Source: a bacterium (lineage in GTDB: Bacteria > Vulcanimicrobiota > Xenobia > Xenobiales > Xenobiaceae). From it: DNA of 64,000 bases. Of this stretch, positions 1 through 9,755 are shown piece after piece. A program made the position numbers and the translations under genes. Below the pieces are notes generated by a model that saw only the letters and a list, made by a program, of their open reading frames with translations, had not been told where the DNA came from and ran no database searches. Location: the NCBI GenBank assembly GCA_030535355.1, contig JAUNIO010000007.1, positions 15,742 through 79,741 on the forward strand, given 5' to 3'. Within the stretch, counting starts at the first letter, position 1. Each line of letters opens with the position of its first letter.

Positions 1-10
1 CCTTTTACTC

Positions 11-275
11 CAATGTCATTTAGTTAAGACTCGATAACATTAAAAATATTAACTCATATACAATTATTACTACATTCATGCCTGCGTATAAGCTATGAGC
101 ATAACATAAGCTAAACCTCGCTTCCCCAACTATCTTGGGCACCTCCTCTGTCGCAGCCGCGACTTCTCCCCCTCCCATCCTTCCTATTTTGTCAAGCCAG
201 AAATATCGGTATTTCAAGCTTTAGGGGGAGTTAAATAGTTTTGCAAGTTAGCGAATCTCTAACTAAACGGCATTA
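11..275 (+). mobile_element. MITE-like repeat, copy 1 (about 265 bp, with an internal ~40-nt insertion)
   Basis: Starts CAATGTCATTTAGTTAAG and ends CTAACTAAACGGCATT, which are imperfect terminal inverted repeats. Flanked by CCTTTTAC at 1-8 and 276-283. Homologous to 11848-12072 and 17991-18216. Confidence 0.7.
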
Positions 276-348
276 CCTTTTACCCAATGCCCAAGCCCCT
301 CATTATTTGATGAAATTGGATTTTTTTTCCGTATCTTGCTAATATAAA

Positions 349-3003
349 GTGATGTTTCAGGACCTGCTGCTCTTATTAGGACTCGCCTACATTACTTACT
401 GCGGAGCCCTCTGCGCCAGACATACCCTCCGCCTGACGGGTTTTCTTCCGGCAGCGGCAGCAGGATTGCCGCTAGGCATGAGCCTATTTACGTTAACTGT
501 TCTAATCCTACGCTCTCTGTTCAGCCTGCCGATCAGCGCTGGCCTGGCGCTCATATTTTTGCGCCTAGGCAATTTTCCCAACGATTGGCGGCACCATAGC
601 AAGCAGGATGAAGAGCTCCCCCCTCCCCTGGAACAGCCCGAAGCCTTTGGCCGCTTCACCATGGTTATGCTCAGCGGAACGGTCCTCGTTTTGCTGGCTG
701 TGCTCCATGGAATACAGCTAAGTTCCCTGCCCGCAGACTTTGCCTCTTCCTACCCTTTTACGCGCGTATTCTTAAAAGGGCCGCTGTCCTTTAACGCGCC
801 GTTTTGTCCCACTTACCCCTATACAGGCGGGCTTTATCAAACCGCAGTCTGCGCTTCGCTATCGCTGGCATTAAACGGCGATGTTCTGCGCACAGCCTGG
901 CTGCTGCAAAGCATTTTTTTAATTGACGCCGTCTATCTCTGGGCTTTAGCTCTGCGCCTATTTCTCAGCCGCGCCCTGCCGGCGGCTTTGAGCAGTGTCC
1001 TCCTGTTTTACGCTTTGGCAGCAGCCGCTGTCAAAGCCGGCTGCGCTGCTGACTGTTCCATTTTAATGGGAATATCAGCCTCTGGAGCTCTGTTTTTATT
1101 ATTTACCAATCTCATCAGATATTGCAAAAACCACTGGAAAGTTTCCCCCTGGTCAGCCCTGCTGCTCGGAAGCCTCACCTTTTGGGCCTGGGGACTCAGC
1201 CCTGTAGCTGCAGCTGTTGTCTGCGCTGCTTTTACGGCTATTACAGCCGCTTACAGTTTCAAGCGGCGCTCTTTAGCCCCCGTTATTTGGCGTTCTTTTG
1301 TTATGATCAGCGCAGCCGCTCTATTATGGGGACTCACTCAAGTTTACCTGTGGCAGCAGCTCTGGCTTTGCCACATGCAGGGGCTGGTCTTGCCCCAATT
1401 TCCCTCCCGTCACTTTATGGCCACCGCCTCGGCAGCCGCCGGTCAGACTCAATACTTTTCCCTGCTGTCTCTCGCCGCTCTAAAGCAGCATTCGCTGTAT
1501 TTATGGTTAGCTCTGCCATTAATCATCTGGGCAATCCGGCGCAATTCCTCTAAAGGATTATTCCTCTTCATCGGGGGCATTCTTCTCTACTTTTTACCCG
1601 GAGCTATAGGCTTTCAGACAAAAGGCATGGCACCTCCTTGGATGTGGCGGGCTGCTTCTGACGGCGTTTTTGCTGTATTGACAGGTTTCGCCCTTGGCGA
1701 TATCTATCAGCTTTGGGCGCGCAGCCGCTCGGCGGCGGCAGCCAGATGGCAAAGAACGGTTTTGGCGCTGCTGGCCATGGCCATGATCAGCCCTCTATTC
1801 TGCGATATTGCCGTAGCTTGGCAGCAGCGTTCTCAGCCGTCCTGTCTCCTTAAGTATATCTGCAATCCCTTGTATCCCCCCACTCAGCAGTGGTTAGCCG
1901 ACGTTCCCCAGCTCCAGCTAACTCCTCAGGAGCGTGAAACAGCGAATTGGCTGTGGAATAGCTCCTCTAAAGCCTATCGCACTTTTTTCGATATTCCCGA
2001 TCTAGAATCCGCATCACCGGCTCGGCTGGCCCTTTTAGCCGGCCAGGCCGGCTGTCTTCCCGTAGGCAGCGCTCACAGCATCACCCCAGACCAGCCTGAC
2101 AGCGATTACTTACAGCCCGCCCCTGGCGTTCTGGCCTTCCTGCACTCCCAAAATCCCGTCTATTTGCTGAGCTTAGGCACCGAACTCATCGTAAGCTGGC
2201 GAGAGCTGCCCCTTTGTTCCTCTGAGCACTGTAAAATGCAGCCTTGGCCAGACGCTCTCGCCGCCCCATCACCCGAACGCTCCTGGAAAGCCTACACCAT
2301 ACAGGGCACGTTACCCTGGGACAGGCAGATCGTTCCCTGCCCTACCCCCAGCATCAGCATAGAGCTGCAGGGCTGGCCTGCTTCCCAGCAGATAACCGGA
2401 GGGGCCGTTTATCTGGTAAATGCCAGCTTTAGCCGCAAACTGCGAGGCTGGCTGCTGCCCGCCTGGTATGACACTCAAAAGCGCTGGGTTAGCCAATATA
2501 CCACCTTAGGCGTCTATCTAGACGGAGACAAGCAGCAAATTCCCATCGTAATTCCATTTAAAGAGGGCAAATATCATCTCAGCTGGCTCTTCTATCCCAG
2601 CGAATCGCCAGACTCCAGCCCACGCCGCCCTCTGCAAATGTGGCGCTTAGCAGGCTCGACAGCTATTGAGCACCATCTATCGGCAACGCTGGAGAACAGC
2701 CTGCGGCTGATAAAAGTACAGTGCGCTTCCCCTTCGCACGGCGTGGTAACTATAACCAATATATCGCCCCGCGATTTGAACATCGGCAGCGATCTGCATC
2801 TGCGCTGGAAGATTTGGTCGGCGGACACACATAACTATATATATTATAATAGAGCTGAATCAACTAATCTACCCCTGCCCCTGCCCGCGGGCAGCACGCT
2901 ACAGCTTCCCTGGCGCACAGCTCATGAAATGGGCCAGAATGAGTTTTTAGAATTCAATGTCAGCGTGCCCTTTGGTGTCCAGCATTCCCTTACCCGCAAA
3001 TAA
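349..3003 (+). CDS. large polytopic membrane protein, function unknown
   Basis: 884-aa ORF. The N-terminal ~520 aa contain many hydrophobic helices and the C-terminal ~350 aa look soluble. I recognised no catalytic motif. Confidence 0.6.
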   Translation: MMFQDLLLLLGLAYITYCGALCARHTLRLTGFLPAAAAGLPLGMSLFTLTVLILRSLFSLPISAGLALIFLRLGNFPNDWRHHSKQDEELPPPLEQPEAFGRFTMVMLSGTVLVLLAVLHGIQLSSLPADFASSYPFTRVFLKGPLSFNAPFCPTYPYTGGLYQTAVCASLSLALNGDVLRTAWLLQSIFLIDAVYLWALALRLFLSRALPAALSSVLLFYALAAAAVKAGCAADCSILMGISASGALFLLFTNLIRYCKNHWKVSPWSALLLGSLTFWAWGLSPVAAAVVCAAFTAITAAYSFKRRSLAPVIWRSFVMISAAALLWGLTQVYLWQQLWLCHMQGLVLPQFPSRHFMATASAAAGQTQYFSLLSLAALKQHSLYLWLALPLIIWAIRRNSSKGLFLFIGGILLYFLPGAIGFQTKGMAPPWMWRAASDGVFAVLTGFALGDIYQLWARSRSAAAARWQRTVLALLAMAMISPLFCDIAVAWQQRSQPSCLLKYICNPLYPPTQQWLADVPQLQLTPQERETANWLWNSSSKAYRTFFDIPDLESASPARLALLAGQAGCLPVGSAHSITPDQPDSDYLQPAPGVLAFLHSQNPVYLLSLGTELIVSWRELPLCSSEHCKMQPWPDALAAPSPERSWKAYTIQGTLPWDRQIVPCPTPSISIELQGWPASQQITGGAVYLVNASFSRKLRGWLLPAWYDTQKRWVSQYTTLGVYLDGDKQQIPIVIPFKEGKYHLSWLFYPSESPDSSPRRPLQMWRLAGSTAIEHHLSATLENSLRLIKVQCASPSHGVVTITNISPRDLNIGSDLHLRWKIWSADTHNYIYYNRAESTNLPLPLPAGSTLQLPWRTAHEMGQNEFLEFNVSVPFGVQHSLTRK

Positions 3004-3041
3004 TTGCCGCTGCTAAAATAACTGAGTCAGCCATGACACAA

Positions 3042-3812
3042 TTACAAAATGCGGCATATCCTGGGCGCGGCCAAAGGATAGCGCTGCATGACCTCTGGAT
3101 CGCATCCCGGAAGAACAAAAGCAGTAAACATGCGCATTTTTAGACGCTCGCGTATATCGCGGTTTCCCTCGCACCAATTGAGCGAAAAAGCCTCTCCCTG
3201 CAGATGCCGGTAAAGGGGTACATTGTCCGAAGCCAGCATAACCCGGGATACCCCTTCAGTCATATAAGTCGGCAAAAGAAATCCCCGCGTATGGCCGCCT
3301 ACAACATCTACGCGCAAGTGCTCGTCGATAGCCAAACAGTTTTTCACCAGCTGAAGGCGCGGCGCGGCGCGTAAAATTTCTATTTCTTCAGAGCGGTAGA
3401 GCCTCTTTTTGTTTACAGGATCCCGCAATAATTCCCCCATCGCTCTCAGCTCGCGGGCAGCGATATAGATTCTGGCCTGCAGAAAGCGAGCTATCCCCCC
3501 CACATGAGCTTCATGCCCGTGCGTCAAAACCACATCGGTTATCTGCTCAGGGGAGATAGCAATTTCCGCCAGCAGCTTCTCCACCGGCAAATAATCGTGG
3601 AATCCAGCCTGAAAAGCCAGTTCTTGGCTGCTGTATCCGGTATCAATAAGGATTAGACGCCTAGGAGTGCGCACCAAATAGGCGAAGCAGGAACATTCGG
3701 TCAGTCCTTGCGCCCCGCCGTCTAGTATCTCTTCGGCTGGACAAAATTTACTGCCGATTTGCAGCGCTAACAATTCCGCACTCATGGCCACCTCCTCGAT
3801 TATTCCTGCCAA
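3042..3812 (-). CDS. MBL-fold metallo-hydrolase
   Basis: VVLTHGHEAHVGG matches the HxHxDH-type metal-binding motif. At 256 aa the size is typical. Confidence 0.7.
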   Translation of the reverse strand: MAGIIEEVAMSAELLALQIGSKFCPAEEILDGGAQGLTECSCFAYLVRTPRRLILIDTGYSSQELAFQAGFHDYLPVEKLLAEIAISPEQITDVVLTHGHEAHVGGIARFLQARIYIAARELRAMGELLRDPVNKKRLYRSEEIEILRAAPRLQLVKNCLAIDEHLRVDVVGGHTRGFLLPTYMTEGVSRVMLASDNVPLYRHLQGEAFSLNWCEGNRDIRERLKMRMFTAFVLPGCDPEVMQRYPLAAPRICRIL

Positions 3813-6430
3813 AAAAGTTCCGGCTCAGCCCGGCGTTTTTCTAAAACATGGCGTGAGTTCTGAAATCCCTTAAACCATTTGTCCATGCGCACAAAAGTCT
3901 GAGAATTTTGCCAATCAGCACGGGCGCCGGGGAGACAGTTCTCGGATATTAAGCTAATAACAGCACTTTGTTCGGTCTTATCGCAGGTAATAAGCATCGC
4001 TTCGCTCATAACCTTGATCGCCAGCCACAGCAAATTAGAGCTGGAAATATCGCATATAGCCGCCAGCTGTTTGTCTTTTAGACTAAACTCATAAGTTCCT
4101 TCGTAATTGTTCAGCCACTGCAACAGGCGCTGCCAGGCATGGTTCATATCGCCCGTGCTCAAAGACCAAGCTTTAACATAGCTTTCCATCGCTTTCCAGC
4201 TGCTCTCCGAAAATAGCAAATGCAGACGAACAACGCGCTGCAGCCAACCCGAGCGGCGCAGCTGCTCTAAATCGAAAGGCGGATCGGCCAAGAACACATC
4301 AGTGAAGCGGGGACAGTTCTCCAGCGCCAGCCACTTCTTCCAGGTCAGCACCGTAACCTGGGCCGCTAAGTCCGCAGGAAGAGAGGGAAGGCTGTTTTCA
4401 AAGGCGGCGATCACTCCCAGTCTTTCAGGTCCCGTCTTCGCCTGCAGCCTCTGCAGTTTAGCGATGACCCCTCGCAGATATTCAGGGAGATTGCTATTTC
4501 CCCGCTCATCGATCAGATAATGGCGAACCGCCGGAACCGTTTTAGATGCGGGCGGCACCGGGCGGCGAGGTACACTGCCGCTATCCTGCTCGGCCAATAA
4601 ACGCTTTTTTTCCTCTTCGGGCACAGCGATAGCGATGGGCAGCTGCTCGCAAAAAGGCAGCGGCACAAAGTCCCCGCCGCTATAAGCTGAGACTTCTCGC
4701 GCAATTCCGTCATCCCGATCCAAACGCTGCAGCTGCACGGCATCGGCAGCTAGAGCGTAATCTATATTAACGCAAATCCTGTCTATGCCGCCAAAACTGC
4801 TGATATCTAAACTGCCCACTACATCGCAGACTTGATCCAGCAGCTCGTGGTGTTTTAGATCGTCGGCGCAGCCAAAAGCTGTCATTTTGACTTTGGTCCC
4901 GCCGCCCTGCCATAAACTGCCCGTTAAATAGCGCCCTTCTTTAAGAGAGCGCAAATCGGCAAAGCGCACTCCCCTAAGTAAAAAACACGGGGGCGGGGCT
5001 CCCTGCCCCGTGGGTTCCAATTCCTTGAGCTCGCTGATAAATCCGGCCTCTATCTCATCCAGGCGCATCTCGTAATCGACAAATAAGGGAGGAATAGGGC
5101 GTCTGTGTTTTTGCAGAGCCGAGGAAAATTTATCCAGGAAAGCATCTAGCTTGGAGACTTGCACCGCAAAACCGGCAGCTGAAGCGTGCCCCCCAAAATG
5201 CTCTAAGACGTCTGAGCAATCTTGCAGGACAGCGTGCAAATCGGTGCCTAAAGTGCCGCGCCCAGAACCGATTACGCACTCGCCTTCAAGCCGCCCTACC
5301 AGACATGGCAAACGGTAATCGTTGGTCAGCATTCCCGCAGCAATGCCAACCACCCCAATATGCCAGTCCCCGTATTCAAAAATAAACCCCCGGCGTTTAG
5401 CAGCGGCTATGTCCAGACGGTCTTTGATGGTGTCGACCACCTCGTTCTGCATTTGGCGGCGGCGCAGATTGCAGTCTTCCACATAACCGGCCAGTTTTTG
5501 GCACTGGGCAATATCATCGCTCAGCATCAGCTCCGCCCCAAAGCGCGGATCATCGACGCGTCCGACCGCATTGATCCGGGGGCCCATGAAGTAGCTGACC
5601 GACTTAGCGTTAAAGGTACGGCTGCGCACTCCGCAAATGTCCCCCAAAGCTCTCAGGCTGGGGCGCTTCCAGGATTCGATGGAAGCCAATCCCAAACGGC
5701 AGAGCAAGCGGTTTTCGTTAGTCAGCGACATCATATCCGTAATGGTGGCAAAAGCGACGAAATCCAGCAAATCCAAAGGAACAGGCCGGTTTAAACGTGC
5801 ATACAAGGCGGCCATCAATTTCCAGGCGACAGCCGCGCCGCAGAGATTTTTTTCCGGATAGACGCTGTCTGGGCGCTGCGGATTGACAAAAGCGTCTGCA
5901 TCAGGCCCCAGGGGCGGAACCTTGTGATGATCGGTCACGATTACCTTCAAGCCGCGCTGCCTGGCATAAGCCACTTCTTCGCCATTGGAAGAGCCGCAGT
6001 CCACAGTTATCAGCAGCTGAGCTCCCAATTCTGCGGCTTTGTCTATTTCACGGCGGTTCAGCCCATAACCATCTTTGGCGCGCAGAGGAAGCTGATATTC
6101 GGCCTGCACCTTCAGCGCACGCAAGGCCCGCACTATTATGACCGTCGCGCAAATACCATCGGCATCATAATCACCGCAGACAAAGACCAGCTGGTCTAAA
6201 TTCACCGCCTGGACCAGCAAATCTACTGCCTCAGCGATATCCGGCAGACTAGAAGGATTGTACAGAGAAGAGGCGCAGTCGAGGCTCCATTTCATATACT
6301 TCGCAGGCGTATCTATGCCCCGGTTGATCAGCAGCTGAGCAAAACGCGGACTGCGCTTGATTTTAGCAGCCAAGAGCGAAGCCCTGTCTCTATCGAACCT
6401 TCCCACGCTAATTTCGCTATATCTTCTCAC
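3800..6430 (-). CDS. recJ: single-stranded-DNA-specific exonuclease RecJ with a long C-terminal extension
   Basis: DHH-family motifs: GDYDADGICA, ITVDCGSS, VTDHH and GGHASAAG. The protein is 876 aa. Confidence 0.85.
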   Translation of the reverse strand: MRRYSEISVGRFDRDRASLLAAKIKRSPRFAQLLINRGIDTPAKYMKWSLDCASSLYNPSSLPDIAEAVDLLVQAVNLDQLVFVCGDYDADGICATVIIVRALRALKVQAEYQLPLRAKDGYGLNRREIDKAAELGAQLLITVDCGSSNGEEVAYARQRGLKVIVTDHHKVPPLGPDADAFVNPQRPDSVYPEKNLCGAAVAWKLMAALYARLNRPVPLDLLDFVAFATITDMMSLTNENRLLCRLGLASIESWKRPSLRALGDICGVRSRTFNAKSVSYFMGPRINAVGRVDDPRFGAELMLSDDIAQCQKLAGYVEDCNLRRRQMQNEVVDTIKDRLDIAAAKRRGFIFEYGDWHIGVVGIAAGMLTNDYRLPCLVGRLEGECVIGSGRGTLGTDLHAVLQDCSDVLEHFGGHASAAGFAVQVSKLDAFLDKFSSALQKHRRPIPPLFVDYEMRLDEIEAGFISELKELEPTGQGAPPPCFLLRGVRFADLRSLKEGRYLTGSLWQGGGTKVKMTAFGCADDLKHHELLDQVCDVVGSLDISSFGGIDRICVNIDYALAADAVQLQRLDRDDGIAREVSAYSGGDFVPLPFCEQLPIAIAVPEEEKKRLLAEQDSGSVPRRPVPPASKTVPAVRHYLIDERGNSNLPEYLRGVIAKLQRLQAKTGPERLGVIAAFENSLPSLPADLAAQVTVLTWKKWLALENCPRFTDVFLADPPFDLEQLRRSGWLQRVVRLHLLFSESSWKAMESYVKAWSLSTGDMNHAWQRLLQWLNNYEGTYEFSLKDKQLAAICDISSSNLLWLAIKVMSEAMLITCDKTEQSAVISLISENCLPGARADWQNSQTFVRMDKWFKGFQNSRHVLEKRRAEPELFWQE

Positions 6431-6459
6431 CGATCGCTACCATCTGCCTTTTAGTGTTG

Positions 6460-6537
6460 CCAATGTCATTTAGTTAAGGCTCGATGACATTGGAAAGATA
6501 GTTTTGCATGTTAGCTGATCGCTAACTAAACAACATT
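6460..6537 (+). mobile_element. 78-bp miniature derivative of the MITE family (5' hairpin joined to 3' palindrome)
   Basis: CCAATGTCATTTAGTTAAGGCTCGATGACATTGG is followed by ATAGTTTTGCATGTTAGCTGATCGCTAACTAAACAACATT. The interior of the full element is missing. Confidence 0.6.
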
Positions 6538-6556
6538 CCTGCTGTGGCGTTAAGTT

Positions 6557-7615
6557 TTACAAACCGCCGAAGGTTATAACGGCCATTTTAAGCGGCTGCT
6601 CCCCATCGCTGGTGGGAAAATCATCTTCAGGATAAAGCCGTTCAATATGCGGAACCGGCAAGCCTATTTTCACGGCTGTGCGCTCTAAAACCCGGTGCCA
6701 TTCCTCCCAGCTGACCTTAGCGTGGTGATTGGTAGCCAAAATACTTCCGCCCTCAGCCAGGCTCAAAAGACACGGTTTCAGCATCGAAGCATAATCGCAC
6801 TGCAGATCCACGCGGCCAAAAGGGCTATTGGCCACTGTCGGCGGGTCTAAAATAATAACATCAAACTTCTGGGGCCCGACCCGCAGATACCGGCGCCGGG
6901 CAGAACGTCCCTTCACCCCCAGCTGCGCCAGCTGGCGAATCACGGGAAATACATCTTCCTGCCAAATCTGAAAGCGCGAAGCGGGGACGGAATTGAGGCG
7001 TCCGTTGTGCTGGCCAATTTCCAAGCACCAGCGCGAAAAATCGACATTAGTCACCGCCGCGCCCTTATGAGCGGCCGCAACTCCGGCCGTGCAGGTGTAA
7101 GCAAACAAGTTCAGCACGCGTTTTTCCGCGGCAACATTACGGCGCAGCCAGCGCCGCCCAGCTCTAAAATCCAAATAAAGATAGGGGTCTTTCCCGTGGC
7201 TGGAAGGCGCCACAGCAAAGACCTGCCCCTCTTCATGGCAGAGGGCCTCCAAAGTCCAGCCCCGGCCCTGAGCCAGCAGCCTAGAGCCAGCAGCAGCGCT
7301 GTCTTTGTATATAAGCTGCGACTTATTCTTGGCAGAGCGCTCCCAAACAATCAAAAGCAGCTGCCTGGCAGCCGCATACTCGCGTAAAGCTTCCAATTCT
7401 GCGGGCATAAGGCGGCCGTAAAAAACCATGGCCAGCAAATAAGTGCCGTACCTATCGACGGTCAGACCGGGGCGGCCTTCCACACTGCCGTGAAAGACCC
7501 GCCAGGCATCGGTATTTTCAGAGCGCAGCCGCTCTGTCAGCTTTATCCGGCGCTCGTCTGACTGCTGGAGCAGAAAGTTTAAATCCTTTGGAACTGCGGG
7601 AATATCTGCCTGCAT
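6557..7615 (-). CDS. class I SAM-dependent (RlmI/RlmK-like) methyltransferase
   Basis: VLNLFAYTCTAGVAAA resembles SAM-binding motif I. FDVIILDPP is the catalytic DPP motif. Confidence 0.7.
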   Translation of the reverse strand: MQADIPAVPKDLNFLLQQSDERRIKLTERLRSENTDAWRVFHGSVEGRPGLTVDRYGTYLLAMVFYGRLMPAELEALREYAAARQLLLIVWERSAKNKSQLIYKDSAAAGSRLLAQGRGWTLEALCHEEGQVFAVAPSSHGKDPYLYLDFRAGRRWLRRNVAAEKRVLNLFAYTCTAGVAAAHKGAAVTNVDFSRWCLEIGQHNGRLNSVPASRFQIWQEDVFPVIRQLAQLGVKGRSARRRYLRVGPQKFDVIILDPPTVANSPFGRVDLQCDYASMLKPCLLSLAEGGSILATNHHAKVSWEEWHRVLERTAVKIGLPVPHIERLYPEDDFPTSDGEQPLKMAVITFGGL

Positions 7616-7626
7616 AAAAACGCATC

Positions 7627-8043
7627 CTAAAGATCGCTCGGCCTCCAGCCGACGCGATCATAGTACATCTCACAGCTGGTAATCTGGCCCTCAGCATTAA
7701 ATTCCAGGAATTCGACTCCGTTGTCCTCAAAAACACGGTTATCCACGGTATTGCGCACACGGCGCTTCATAACTATGGCATTATCTTCAATTTTCCAACA
7801 ATCTACCAAGGTAAACTTCCAATCGGGATTGCGCACGAACAGCAATTCCAGATAATCGGCTATGGCGGCCTTGCCGTACAGGCCAGTAGAGCGCACAGGA
7901 TCGCGATACACCGCATCTTCACTCAGCATATCGACAACGGCTTGAGGATCGGTGCCAGACCATGCCTCTAGCCAGCGCTCACAGATTTTTCTACAGTCTT
8001 CTTTCCCGTCCGAATCAGGTTTGTCGCTGGTATCTTTGCCCAC
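7627..8043 (-). CDS. NTF2/SnoaL-like family protein
   Basis: 138 aa. The pattern ERWLEAW...DMLSEDAVYRDP is typical of SnoaL-like folds. Confidence 0.5.
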   Translation of the reverse strand: MGKDTSDKPDSDGKEDCRKICERWLEAWSGTDPQAVVDMLSEDAVYRDPVRSTGLYGKAAIADYLELLFVRNPDWKFTLVDCWKIEDNAIVMKRRVRNTVDNRVFEDNGVEFLEFNAEGQITSCEMYYDRVGWRPSDL

Positions 8044-8624
8044 CTTGGTCTCCTTTACGGCTTATTTTGAACGGCATATTTTACAGCAGCTTATTTTGAC
8101 GGCGGCATTTTTACAGCTCATTATGAGGGCACGCGCTGCTGCGCTTATTTTACGCCGCCACGCTGAACTCTACCGTTTTACTGTTTGCCGCTTCCTACGG
8201 TATGACTGCCAGCCACTACAGCTGGGCTTTACCTCTTTGCAATAACCTAGCGTGAATTGTTATTCTCGCCGCTTATAAATAAGCCGATTTATTATAAAAT
8301 TAACATATACAGCCGCTTCTAGTCAACAGCTAGGCTGGGGCTGACTTGGGCCCACCCTCTGCCGCATTCTCGGCCTTCCCTCACAGCCGGTGGCTGGCTA
8401 AAGCCCAGCCAAAATCTTTAGAGCAGCTTGAAAAATGGCACTGTCCGCCTGGAGGGAGGAAGTTAGAACATGCCAGTGTTTCTGTCTATAGGGCTGCTTA
8501 ACGGAAAAATCAGCCAAGCTCAGCCAGCGTGATGTTATTAATCAGCGCTTCCTTAGGTCTAAATTTACAATAACAACAGGAAAATGAATGTCTATAATAG
8601 AAGAAAAAATAGCCTGCCAAGAGG

Positions 8625-9755
8625 TTGGTTATAATACGCGCGATGGATGAAAACAGCATGGGTACGAACGAGAATGAGGTCGGAAAAGGAACTGAACAAT
8701 CTACTCTTGAGAAGACGGCCTCCGATTCCAATTCGAGAATCTTGCTCGCCATAGGCGACCTGCATGGTGACTATTACCGATTGATGCGCCACTTGCGCGA
8801 ACTGGAACTGCTGCTTCCAGGAACTATGGCCTGGAACCCAGAGCGCAACAATGTCGATTTAATTTTGATCGGCGATTATACCGACTGGCGCGGCGAACCC
8901 TTGGAAACCAGCACAGAAGAGACTACTGAAGACGGTTCCCTAGGCGGTTATCGCATTTTGGATTTAATGCTGCATATCAGCGATGAGCTGCAGAAACTGA
9001 GGCGCATCGTTCCCAACTTTGACAGCCATTTTTATCCGCTTATCGGCAATCACGATGATATGATGCTGAATTCGGCAGACGTATTCAAATTCGTATCCTG
9101 TCAGGAATTAGCTGTTCTTTTAAGCAAGGCCCGCAACTTCGGGACCTGGAAACGCGTTTTATCCGAGGCTGGTCTCAATCCGGGCCAAATCGATCAAATG
9201 TACAGTTTCCTCAACTGGTACGTACAGGGCGGCGAAGTCACCATTCAGGGTTTCGGCGGTATGGAAGCCTGGCGAGACGCCATGGTTGGCGAGATAGGAG
9301 ATTACCTCCGTTATAAATTATATCTGGCAGTCATCGTCAATCACCGCCTCTTCTCTCACAGCCTTCCCGATCAGTCCTGTTTTTGGCGTCCGCTCGAAGA
9401 GATCGTCAAACTGCCAGACAACGAGTTTTTACAGGCCCGCGAGAGTTTCACCTGGGGGCGCAAAGTCTGGGGCTATGATTACAGTTCCGGCACCCGGACC
9501 AACATGTTTTCCAGCGACGAGCTGGACAAGATGCTCCACAGCATTGGCAGCGACAGCGCAGTTATCGGGCATACTCCCATGTCGCACAGCACCGAGCATG
9601 TCATAGCCTATGACGGCCGTGTCATCAATATTGACGTCCACGGCTCACCAGGCGGCAAAGCTTTTATAGAAGAGTATCAAGGAAGTTCCAAAGACAACAA
9701 GGCTCCGCTGCGCTCCAGCCTAATGGGGAGCAGGAGAGTTGAATGTCTGGCGTAG
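8625..9755 (+). CDS. calcineurin-like metallophosphoesterase
   Basis: Motifs GDLHGD, GDYTDWRG, GNHD and GHTP. The true start may be the ATG at 8643. Confidence 0.75.
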   Translation: MVIIRAMDENSMGTNENEVGKGTEQSTLEKTASDSNSRILLAIGDLHGDYYRLMRHLRELELLLPGTMAWNPERNNVDLILIGDYTDWRGEPLETSTEETTEDGSLGGYRILDLMLHISDELQKLRRIVPNFDSHFYPLIGNHDDMMLNSADVFKFVSCQELAVLLSKARNFGTWKRVLSEAGLNPGQIDQMYSFLNWYVQGGEVTIQGFGGMEAWRDAMVGEIGDYLRYKLYLAVIVNHRLFSHSLPDQSCFWRPLEEIVKLPDNEFLQARESFTWGRKVWGYDYSSGTRTNMFSSDELDKMLHSIGSDSAVIGHTPMSHSTEHVIAYDGRVINIDVHGSPGGKAFIEEYQGSSKDNKAPLRSSLMGSRRVECLA

